Made by a program: the position numbers and the translations under genes. This document shows, in pieces, positions 1-7,984 of a DNA stretch of 43,593 nucleotides (positions are counted from its first letter, which is position 1; the number at the start of each line of letters is the position of its first letter). Location: the sequence record SRR2962707_682. One strand, 5' to 3'. A model generated the notes under the pieces. That model saw only the letters and a program-made list of their open reading frames with translations. It was not told where the DNA came from and made no database searches.

Positions 1-35
1 AGGACGCGGTCGACTTCATCGAGTCGCAAAAGTAA
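1..35 (+). CDS. acpP: Acyl carrier protein, 3' end only (partial)
   Basis: The frame from base 3 reads DAVDFIESQK-stop (TAA 33-35), a typical ACP C-terminus, and lies directly upstream of fabF. Confidence 0.8.
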   Translation, partial: DAVDFIESQK

Positions 36-49
36 CAGACCTGATCTAC

Positions 50-79
50 GGCCGTATCCATAATCTGATGGATATGGCC
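50..79 (+). terminator. Stem-loop between acpP and fabF (mRNA-stabilising hairpin or leaky terminator)
   Basis: GGCCGTATCCAT (50-61) pairs with ATGGATATGGCC (68-79): a 12-bp stem with one G-U and a 6-nt loop, followed by only a short T run. Confidence 0.5.
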
Positions 80-108
80 TTGATCATTGATAACGACGGA
101 CACTATCG

Positions 109-1374
109 ATGAGACGTGTAGTCATCACCGGGATAGGTGCGGTTACGTCGCTTGGTGTTGGTGCCGAGCACAACTGGAAGAATCTGCTCGAATCAAAATC
201 GGGGATTCGTCCAATTGACCGCTTCGATGTTTCCGATTTGCCGGCCAAGATTGCCGGTAGCGTTCAACCCGGTGACGGCAGCGGTGACACGTTTAATGCT
301 GACGACTGGGTTCCGGCCAAGGACCGCCGCCGCATGGATGATTTTATCATCTATGGATTGTGTGCGGCGGAACAGGCCATTCGCGATTCTGGGTGGGAAC
401 CCAAGACCGAAGAAGACGCCTGCCGAACCGGTGTGCTGATCGGCTCCGGTATCGGTGGTCTGCCCGAGATTGCGCGCGGTGCGATCAAGGTCGATGCCGA
501 AATGAACCCGCGCCGTCTCAGCCCGTTCTTTATTCCGGCCAGCCTGATTAATCTGGTCTCAGGCCATGTTTCAATCATGCACGGCTATAAAGGCCCCAAC
601 CATGCCGTGGTTACGGCGTGTTCGACCGGGGCGCATGCCATCGGCGACGCTGCACGGCTGATCATGTGGGAAGATGCGGATGTGATGGTTGCCGGAGGCG
701 CCGAAGCGGCGATTTGCCGCGTCGGGATTGCCGGCTTCTGTGCCGCTCGCGCTCTTTCCACAGGCTTTAACGACACCCCGGAAAAAGCGTCGCGTCCTTA
801 TGACGTCGACCGTGACGGATTCGTCATGGGTGAAGGTGCCGGTGTCGTTGTGCTTGAGGAATACGAGCACGCCAAGGCCCGTGGCGCGAAGATATATGCC
901 GAAGTCGTGGGATATGGCATGTCCGGCGATGCGTATCATATTACCGCGCCGGCTGAATCCGGCGACGGTGCGTTTCGCTGCATGAAAGCTGCGCTCAAAC
1001 GCGCTGGCATGGAGCCGAGCGATATCGACTATGTGAATGCGCATGGCACCTCGACGCCGCTTGGTGATGAAATAGAGCTTCGCGCTGTCGAACGCCTGTT
1101 TGACGGACATACGAAGGGTATGTCGATGTCGTCGACAAAATCGGCCATTGGTCATCTGTTAGGTGCCGCTGGCGCCGTTGAGGCGATTTATTCGATCCTG
1201 GCTATCCGCGACAACGTCGCGCCGCCGACACTCAATCTCGACAATCCATCCGTGGACACACCGATTGATCTGGTGCCCAAGCAGCCTCGAGAGCGGCAGA
1301 TTCGTGCGGCACTATCAAACTCATTCGGTTTCGGCGGCACCAATGCGTCGCTGATTTTCCGCGAGGTCGAGTAA
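109..1374 (+). CDS. fabF: Beta-ketoacyl-ACP synthase II
   Basis: MRRVVITGIG start, TACSTG catalytic Cys, NAHGTST, KSAIGHLLGAAG and SNSFGFGGTN motifs; follows acpP. Confidence 0.97.
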   Translation: MRRVVITGIGAVTSLGVGAEHNWKNLLESKSGIRPIDRFDVSDLPAKIAGSVQPGDGSGDTFNADDWVPAKDRRRMDDFIIYGLCAAEQAIRDSGWEPKTEEDACRTGVLIGSGIGGLPEIARGAIKVDAEMNPRRLSPFFIPASLINLVSGHVSIMHGYKGPNHAVVTACSTGAHAIGDAARLIMWEDADVMVAGGAEAAICRVGIAGFCAARALSTGFNDTPEKASRPYDVDRDGFVMGEGAGVVVLEEYEHAKARGAKIYAEVVGYGMSGDAYHITAPAESGDGAFRCMKAALKRAGMEPSDIDYVNAHGTSTPLGDEIELRAVERLFDGHTKGMSMSSTKSAIGHLLGAAGAVEAIYSILAIRDNVAPPTLNLDNPSVDTPIDLVPKQPRERQIRAALSNSFGFGGTNASLIFREVE

Positions 1375-1385
1375 AAGCTGACGGC

Positions 1386-2366
1386 ATGATACGCCGTCTA
1401 TCCATTCTTCTTGTGATTCTGATTGTCCTCGCCGGCGCCGCTGGCTGGGCAGGTACGTTCTGGCTGCAATCCGCCTATAATGAACCAACATCAACACAAA
1501 CAGACAAAGTCATTGTTGTCGCACGTGGAAGTTCAGTCGCTTCGATTGCCCGGCAGTTGCAAAGCGAAGGGTTGATCCGCTATGCCCGCGTTTTCCGTTT
1601 TGGTGTCCGTTTCCTGGGAGATGACAAGCCACTGCAGGCAGGTGAATACAACATCCCTGCGAAAGCAAGTGCTGCCGAAATTGCAGATATTTTGAAATCC
1701 GGTGTACAGGTTGTTCACAAACTGACGATTGCCGAAGGCCTGACCAGCATCGAAATCACTGATATTTTGCGTGATGAAACCCTGCTCAGCGGCGACATAG
1801 ATACCGTGCCGAAGGAAGGTTCATTGTTGCCGGAAACGTATCACTTCCACCTTGGCGAAACGCGGGCCGTCATTGTCAACAGAATGCGAAAGGCACTTGA
1901 TGAGGTGCTTGATGAGTTATGGGAAAATCGATCCGAAGCGTTGCCGCTAAAGACTCCCGATGAAGTCATGATACTGGCCTCCATCGTTGAGAAAGAAACG
2001 GCCATCGAAAGTGAACGCGGGTTGGTAGCAGGTGTTTTCATAAACAGGTTGAAATTGGGAATGCGGCTGCAGTCCGACCCGACGGTTGTTTATGGAATAA
2101 CCAATGGAGCAGGGCCGCTTGGCCGCCCTCTTTCACGTGATGATCTGGACGCAAAGACAGCCTATAACACTTACCAGATCAACGGTTTACCGCCGACACC
2201 GATCGCTAATCCGGGACGCGCATCCATTGCAGCAGTTTTGAATCCCAATAAGACGGATGCTCTCTATTTCGTTGCTGATGGCACGGGAGGGCATGCTTTC
2301 GCAAAGACACTGGACGAGCATAATCGTAATGTCCGCGCATGGCGGAAACTGCAGCGAAACAATTGA
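1386..2366 (+). CDS. mltG: Endolytic transglycosylase MltG (YceG family)
   Basis: N-terminal TM anchor; LASIVEKET, MRLQSDPTVVYG, YNTY, GLPPTPIANPG and LYFVADGTGGH motifs; fabF-mltG synteny. Confidence 0.95.
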   Translation: MIRRLSILLVILIVLAGAAGWAGTFWLQSAYNEPTSTQTDKVIVVARGSSVASIARQLQSEGLIRYARVFRFGVRFLGDDKPLQAGEYNIPAKASAAEIADILKSGVQVVHKLTIAEGLTSIEITDILRDETLLSGDIDTVPKEGSLLPETYHFHLGETRAVIVNRMRKALDEVLDELWENRSEALPLKTPDEVMILASIVEKETAIESERGLVAGVFINRLKLGMRLQSDPTVVYGITNGAGPLGRPLSRDDLDAKTAYNTYQINGLPPTPIANPGRASIAAVLNPNKTDALYFVADGTGGHAFAKTLDEHNRNVRAWRKLQRNN

Positions 2367-2372
2367 GCGCGG

Positions 2373-3143
2373 TTAGCTTGATTTTTTAGGCGCACGGCTC
2401 AAAAGCGCATTGTAAACAGGCCGTGGTAATAAGGACATCAGCCGCATCATCCATACTATGGGCCATGGAAAGGCGATGCTTTTCCTGCCGCGTTTCAAAC
2501 CTTTGATGATGATTTCAGCGGCTTTTTCGGCGGGCATGATAAGCGGCATTGGGAAATCATTGGCATCCGTAATGCGGCTTTTGACGAACCCCGGATAGAT
2601 CATGCTGAGATTTATGCCATCCTGCGCCAGTTGAGGGCGGATAGCCTCCCCCCAGGCTCTGAGGGCAACCTTGCTTGCGGAATATGCCGGTGCTGTCGGC
2701 ATGCCGCGAAAACCGGCTATGGAACTGACGATGGCGATATGTCCACTACCTCGTGGGCGCATCGCCGCCAGTGCAGGCAGAACCGTGTTCAATACGCCGG
2801 CAAGGTTGATGGCAAAGACATCACGTGTCGTTTCGTCGTCACCTTCCCCAGCCCCGGCACTGCTTGAGATCCCTGCATTGGCGAAAATAAGATCAAGCGG
2901 GGCTAGTGTTTCGATGTCGGCTATAAATTCTGACATCGCTATGCGGTCCGTGACATCAATTTTCCGCGACATTGTGCTCGCGCCAGCTTTTTTAATTGCG
3001 GCTTCAATCTCGTTCAGGCGCTCAGCATTTCGTCCCGTTATGGCGATAAGTACACCGGGCTTTGCCAAGCCGCACGCTACTGCAGCACCGATGCCGCTAC
3101 TGGCCCCGGTAATCAGAATTGTTCGGTAGGTGTGATCAATCAT
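2373..3143 (-). CDS. Short-chain dehydrogenase/reductase (SDR)
   Basis: TGASSGIG Rossmann motif, ANAG and catalytic YSASK (YxxxK). Confidence 0.92.
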   Translation of the reverse strand: MIDHTYRTILITGASSGIGAAVACGLAKPGVLIAITGRNAERLNEIEAAIKKAGASTMSRKIDVTDRIAMSEFIADIETLAPLDLIFANAGISSSAGAGEGDDETTRDVFAINLAGVLNTVLPALAAMRPRGSGHIAIVSSIAGFRGMPTAPAYSASKVALRAWGEAIRPQLAQDGINLSMIYPGFVKSRITDANDFPMPLIMPAEKAAEIIIKGLKRGRKSIAFPWPIVWMMRLMSLLPRPVYNALLSRAPKKSS

Positions 3144-3258
3144 GCTGCGGTTATACCCAACATGTAGCTCTATGGCGATGCAGATCAGGTGGTTTCTGCC
3201 GCTTGTCGGTGATGGGCCGGGCGGCTAAAGTCTCGGCAATCAATGGAAAGGAACCGTA

Positions 3259-4149
3259 TTGACGATCAATTCAATGACCGGATTTTCACGTGCCACCGGA
3301 ACCCACGGGGTCTGGTCGTGGACGTGGGAACTCAAAAGCGTCAATGCAAAAGGTCTGGATGTCCGTATGCGGCTGCCGATGGGGTTTGACGGCTTCGAGC
3401 CGCCGGCCCGGGCCATGATGTCGAAAGTATTCAGCCGGGGAAATATCAGCGCCGCACTGGTGCTAAAACTAACACAATCAGCTTCCGGCTATCGCATCAA
3501 CGAAGAACACTTAAACGTCCTTCTCGAGGCCTTATCGGCGTTAAAAAAACAGGTGCCAGATGCCTCGCCGCCCAGTCTGGATGGTTTGCTTGGTCTCAGG
3601 GGGGTGATTGAGCCTATCGAAGATGACGTAGATGAAGAAGCACGTACTTCTCTCGAAGCGGCTCTGATGAAGTCCCTGCAAGATGCTGCGAAAGATCTTG
3701 CTGCAGTAAGAAGTGAAGAAGGGGCAAGGCTTACGTCAGCACTTGAATCATTAATTTCCACTATTGAAGATTTATGCCGTCAGGCAGGCGGGGTTGCCGA
3801 AACGCAGGAAACGGCGATTCGTAATCGCATGAATGAGCAAATCGCAGCAATTATGGAAGATACCACCGGTCTAGATGCCGGTCGGCTAGAGCAGGAAGTT
3901 GCGATATTGATGACCAAGGCGGACATTCGCGAAGAACTTGATCGCTTGGCGGCGCATGTTGAATCCGTGCGGGAACTTATGCGGTCGGGCGGTGCCATAG
4001 GTCGCCGGCTTGATTTCCTGTGTCAGGAGTTAAACCGCGAAGCGAATACGGTATGCTCCAAAGCGCATGAAACGGCACTCACCCGCATCGGGTTGGACAT
4101 GAAGGCGACGATCGAACAATTCCGTGAACAGGTGCAGAATATTGAGTAA
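3259..4149 (+). CDS. yicC: YicC/YloC family endoribonuclease
   Basis: SMTGF N-terminus, ELKSVN, DIREELDRL, GRRLDFLCQELNREANT and EQFREQVQNIE C-terminus; TTG start after AAGGA; lies upstream of gmk. Confidence 0.93.
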   Translation: MTINSMTGFSRATGTHGVWSWTWELKSVNAKGLDVRMRLPMGFDGFEPPARAMMSKVFSRGNISAALVLKLTQSASGYRINEEHLNVLLEALSALKKQVPDASPPSLDGLLGLRGVIEPIEDDVDEEARTSLEAALMKSLQDAAKDLAAVRSEEGARLTSALESLISTIEDLCRQAGGVAETQETAIRNRMNEQIAAIMEDTTGLDAGRLEQEVAILMTKADIREELDRLAAHVESVRELMRSGGAIGRRLDFLCQELNREANTVCSKAHETALTRIGLDMKATIEQFREQVQNIE

Positions 4150-4795
4150 TCAAGCCAGCCAGAAAATTCACATCAGCCGTCGCGGCCTGATGCTTGTTCT
4201 GTCTTCACCGTCAGGTGCGGGCAAGTCGACCATTTCGAGAGCACTTCTGGAAAAGCATCCGGACCTGACCATGTCCGTTTCTGCAACGACGCGTCCAATG
4301 CGGCCAGGGGAAGTCGAAGGGAAGGATTATTTTTTCATCGATACTCAGAAATTCGAAACGATGGTCGCAGACGGTGAATTTCTGGAACATGCCAAGGTAT
4401 TCGATAATTACTACGGGACGCCACGAGGCCCTGTGGAGGCTGCCTTGAAAGGTGGCAAGGACGTCCTGTTTGATGTTGATTGGCAGGGAACACAGCAGTT
4501 ACGCCAGAATGCGCGCGACGATCTGGCGAGCATCTTTATTTTACCTCCCTCCGTTGAGGAATTGGAGCGTCGTCTCTACGCGCGCGCACAGGACCCGGCT
4601 GATGTCGTTCAGCGTAGAATGGCAAAAGCGACTTCAGAGATGAGCCACTGGGCGGAGTATGATTACATTATCGTCAATGAAGATATCCCGGTAAGTGTTT
4701 CCGAAGCTGAAGCCATTCTGGCTGCGGAGCGACTAAAACGCGAACGGCGTGTGGGATTGGCTGAATGGCTTCGCGGAATGGGTGTTGGGCAATAA
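4142..4795 (+). CDS. gmk: Guanylate kinase (start uncertain; TTG at 4142 overlapping the yicC stop was chosen)
   Basis: SSPSGAGKST P-loop, SATTRPMRPGE, YYGTP and DVDWQG. Confidence 0.95.
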   Translation: MSNQASQKIHISRRGLMLVLSSPSGAGKSTISRALLEKHPDLTMSVSATTRPMRPGEVEGKDYFFIDTQKFETMVADGEFLEHAKVFDNYYGTPRGPVEAALKGGKDVLFDVDWQGTQQLRQNARDDLASIFILPPSVEELERRLYARAQDPADVVQRRMAKATSEMSHWAEYDYIIVNEDIPVSVSEAEAILAAERLKRERRVGLAEWLRGMGVGQ

Positions 4796-4797
4796 GA

Positions 4798-5622
4798 TTA
4801 AACCGGCTCTTCCAGCAATTGAGAGAGAGCACAGAACTGTTCAATCGTTAATTGCTCTGCGCGCAGTTCCGGATCGATGTCTACGTCCGCAGGATTAATC
4901 CCAAGCGATTTTAAGGAACTTCTCAGCATCTTTCGCCGCTGCCCGAATGCGGCTTGTGTCACGCGTTCAAGTTTGGACAAATCCGCAACTGCCAATGTGT
5001 GCTCTCTGGGAATGATTTCGATAACAGCCGACATCACTTTCGGTGGCGGGGTGAAGGCTCGTTTATCAACATTGAACAGTACACGAGTGTGACAGAGCCA
5101 CTGAGTCAGTATAGCCAACCGGCCATAAGCTGATGTTCCTGGCTGAGCAGCAATTCGTTCAGCAACTTCTTTCTGGAACATCAGGATCATACGCTCAATT
5201 CCATCCAGATCGTTCAGCCATTTGATCAGTAATGCCGTTCCAACATTGTAGGGGAGATTGGAAACGATGACGCTTGGCCGTGGAGACAGCTGCGACAAGT
5301 CGGTCTTCATAGCGTCGGCTTCCACGATCTGCAGTTTTTCAGGATATGCTTCCTGAAGGCTGGATAGGGCGTCGATGCAGCGCTGATCACGTTCGATGAC
5401 ACGCAAACTAGCAGGGTTACATCCAAGTATAGACCTGGTTAGTCCGCCCGGCCCGGGCCCGATCTCAACGACATGTTTGTTTTCAAGGGAGCCTGCTGCA
5501 CGCGCTATCCTGTCCGTCAGATTGGCATCCAGCAGAAAGTGCTGCCCCAAGGACTTCTTCGCACCTAGCCCGTAGCTTTTTATTATTTCACGAAGTGGTG
5601 GCAGGCCAGTTGATGGACTCAT
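4798..5622 (-). CDS. rsmA: 16S rRNA adenine dimethyltransferase
   Basis: KKSLGQHFL, EIGPGPGGLT, SNLPYNV, MFQKEVA and FGQRRKMLR; the ATG at 5622 lies just downstream of the pdxA stop. Confidence 0.96.
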   Translation of the reverse strand: MSPSTGLPPLREIIKSYGLGAKKSLGQHFLLDANLTDRIARAAGSLENKHVVEIGPGPGGLTRSILGCNPASLRVIERDQRCIDALSSLQEAYPEKLQIVEADAMKTDLSQLSPRPSVIVSNLPYNVGTALLIKWLNDLDGIERMILMFQKEVAERIAAQPGTSAYGRLAILTQWLCHTRVLFNVDKRAFTPPPKVMSAVIEIIPREHTLAVADLSKLERVTQAAFGQRRKMLRSSLKSLGINPADVDIDPELRAEQLTIEQFCALSQLLEEPV

Positions 5623-5626
5623 TGCC

Positions 5627-6640
5627 TCATGCCGCCTTGTAGGCGAGTCGGCTGTTGCTGATCTCTGTCGCCATTTGCAGGGCACAGACAAGGCTTGTCG
5701 GGTCTGCCAGGCCCTTGCCCGCGATGTCCAGGGCAGTTCCGTGGTCAGGTGATGTGCGGACAATGGGTAATCCAAGCGTGACATTTACGGCATGATCAAA
5801 GTCCAAAGCCTTGATCGGGATCAATGCCTGGTCATGATACATACAGAGAGCAGCGTCATATCGAGCGCGGGCGCGAGGAGTAAAAAGCGCATCGGGGGGA
5901 ACGGGGCCAAATATTTCCACGTCCGGGGAGGAAAGGGCCTTTATAGCCGGCAGAATGATGTCCTTATCCTCACTTCCGAGCTTACCGTTTTCTCCTGCAT
6001 GAGGATTCAGACCGGCGACTGCCAGCCTAGGGACGGCAACACCAAAATCCTGTTTCAGTGCGGTTATGACAAGCCGCCCCTGTTCGACGATCGCTTCCGT
6101 GGTCAGTTGATTCAGTGCATCCCGGAGTGGGACATGTACTGTCAAAGGCACGACACGCAGGGAAGGGGACGCCAGCATCATAACCGGCCGCATACCCCCG
6201 CCAACCAATTCCGCCAGATATTCTGTATGGCCCGGGAAGCCAAATCCGGCATCATATAATGTTTCCTTCTGAATTGGATTGGTAATCAGCGCATTGGCTT
6301 GGCCATTGCGCGTGTATTCGACTGCTCGCTCAATGGATTCAAGAACGGCCTTGGCCGTCGTTGTATCCGGAATGCCATCCTGTGCTTTTGCATTTTCCTT
6401 TAAACGAATCACGGGGAGGGCATCTGCAAAAACATTTATTGCCTCTGTCGGGTCGCTGATTTCGGCAATGCGGACGTCCCAACCCAGTTTGTCGGCAATG
6501 CCTTTAAGCCTGTCTGGATCATCGAGTGTAAAAAACGGATGTAAGCGCTGACGGTTTTCCGACCATGCACGAAGAGTCAGTTCTCCGCCAATTCCGGCAG
6601 GTTCCCCCATGGTAAGCACGCTTGGTGCCTGAGCGGTCAT
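5627..6640 (-). CDS. pdxA: 4-hydroxythreonine-4-phosphate dehydrogenase
   Basis: TMGEPAGIGGE, FPGHTEYL, GLNPHAGE, MYHDQ and RTSPDHGTA; surA-pdxA-rsmA synteny. Confidence 0.97.
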   Translation of the reverse strand: MTAQAPSVLTMGEPAGIGGELTLRAWSENRQRLHPFFTLDDPDRLKGIADKLGWDVRIAEISDPTEAINVFADALPVIRLKENAKAQDGIPDTTTAKAVLESIERAVEYTRNGQANALITNPIQKETLYDAGFGFPGHTEYLAELVGGGMRPVMMLASPSLRVVPLTVHVPLRDALNQLTTEAIVEQGRLVITALKQDFGVAVPRLAVAGLNPHAGENGKLGSEDKDIILPAIKALSSPDVEIFGPVPPDALFTPRARARYDAALCMYHDQALIPIKALDFDHAVNVTLGLPIVRTSPDHGTALDIAGKGLADPTSLVCALQMATEISNSRLAYKAA

Positions 6641-6649
6641 GATCGTTTC

Positions 6650-7966
6650 TCAGAGCCTGATATCGATGAACGCCTGACGGCGAAGTTTTTCCTGATGTTG
6701 GTCCGCGAGACGTCCAATGCGGCGGTTCAGGAGCCGGCGTTCGATTTCTGCACGTGCGGTAGCCAGCGGGTCATTGTCTCCATCAGTTTCCCTGGAGCAA
6801 ACCATAAGAACGATGACGCCATCAGCGGTACGCATGGCTTGGCTTGCTTCGCCAACGGGTAAGGACTGGACAAGATTTTTCATTTGCGGATTGAGTTGGC
6901 TGATTTTGAACTTACCGAGATCGCCAGAACTCTCGCTTCCTTCTGATGAGGCTATCCTTCTGAAGGCTTCACAATTCTGAGCACTATTTCCCAGTTCCTG
7001 TGCTTTTTGCATGGTTTCAGCAACGGTTTGCGAGCCGGCACCCGATGGTATTGATAAGTGCAGTTGTGTTAAGCCCAATGTTGCGTCGGAGGATTGCTTA
7101 TCAATGCCTTTTGCAATTCGCTTGTCCCGCAACTGAAGTATGTAGACGCCGTCATCAGTCGTTATAGGCGAGGAAATCTGCCCCTTTTCCAATCTTGAAA
7201 TGACCCCGCCAAGGATATTTCCCAGATCAGACGCCAATACCCAACCAAGATCGCCCCCATTACTGGCGCTGGCGGATTCCGAAAAGTTTTGTGCCAGTTG
7301 CGGCCAGCTTGCACCTCCGCCTAACTGGGCATGTATTCTCTGGGCAACCTGCTCGACTTCGTTCCGGGGCTTTTCATCGTAAGCGAGGAAAATTTCAGAA
7401 ACCAAATATTCCGGCTTCCCGGCATCTGACTGCATCTTGGCTATGATGTCGTCTACTTCCTGGTTTGAAACTGAAACCAGTCTACGGAAAAGTGTTCTGA
7501 CAACATCTACCCAGGCGAGCTCAGCCTCTACCTGTTGTCTCAAAGATTCAGGATCGATGCCGCGTTGTTCAAGCATCGCATTCATCTGTCCGGGCGGAAT
7601 GTTGTTCCGGCTTTCCAGTTCTGCAATCGAACTTTTAATCGCACTTTCCTGAATCTCGATACCTAATCGTTTTGCTTCCTGCATGTGCAGTTTTTCAATT
7701 ATCAGTCTTCGCAGGATGTCCGGCGCGATACGCTGCTGGTTTTGCGGCGTATTGGGAATGTTGGAAAAGGTTATAACCATCAATATCCGCTGTGACAGGT
7801 CATATACAGATATGACGTCATCATTGACGATGGCAGCGATGTTCAGTGTCGCCTGACTGCGGGCAGGGCTAGGTGTAACGGATTGTACGAACACACACGC
7901 CACTAACATGATCGAAATGGTCAGTATCCGTCTAAGCAGGGATGTTGTTTTGTGTGCTTGTTTCAT
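6650..7966 (-). CDS. surA: Periplasmic chaperone/PPIase SurA
   Basis: Signal peptide, AIVNDDVIS N-domain and two parvulin-like domains (GGDLGW, SGDLG); lies between lptD and pdxA. Confidence 0.9.
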   Translation of the reverse strand: MKQAHKTTSLLRRILTISIMLVACVFVQSVTPSPARSQATLNIAAIVNDDVISVYDLSQRILMVITFSNIPNTPQNQQRIAPDILRRLIIEKLHMQEAKRLGIEIQESAIKSSIAELESRNNIPPGQMNAMLEQRGIDPESLRQQVEAELAWVDVVRTLFRRLVSVSNQEVDDIIAKMQSDAGKPEYLVSEIFLAYDEKPRNEVEQVAQRIHAQLGGGASWPQLAQNFSESASASNGGDLGWVLASDLGNILGGVISRLEKGQISSPITTDDGVYILQLRDKRIAKGIDKQSSDATLGLTQLHLSIPSGAGSQTVAETMQKAQELGNSAQNCEAFRRIASSEGSESSGDLGKFKISQLNPQMKNLVQSLPVGEASQAMRTADGVIVLMVCSRETDGDNDPLATARAEIERRLLNRRIGRLADQHQEKLRRQAFIDIRL

Positions 7967-7984
7967 AATTGGATTTTCCCAGCC

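Noticed and set aside
5623-5784. N-terminal extension of the rsmA ORF
   Set aside because: It overlaps pdxA; similarity to RsmA begins at the Met at 5622.
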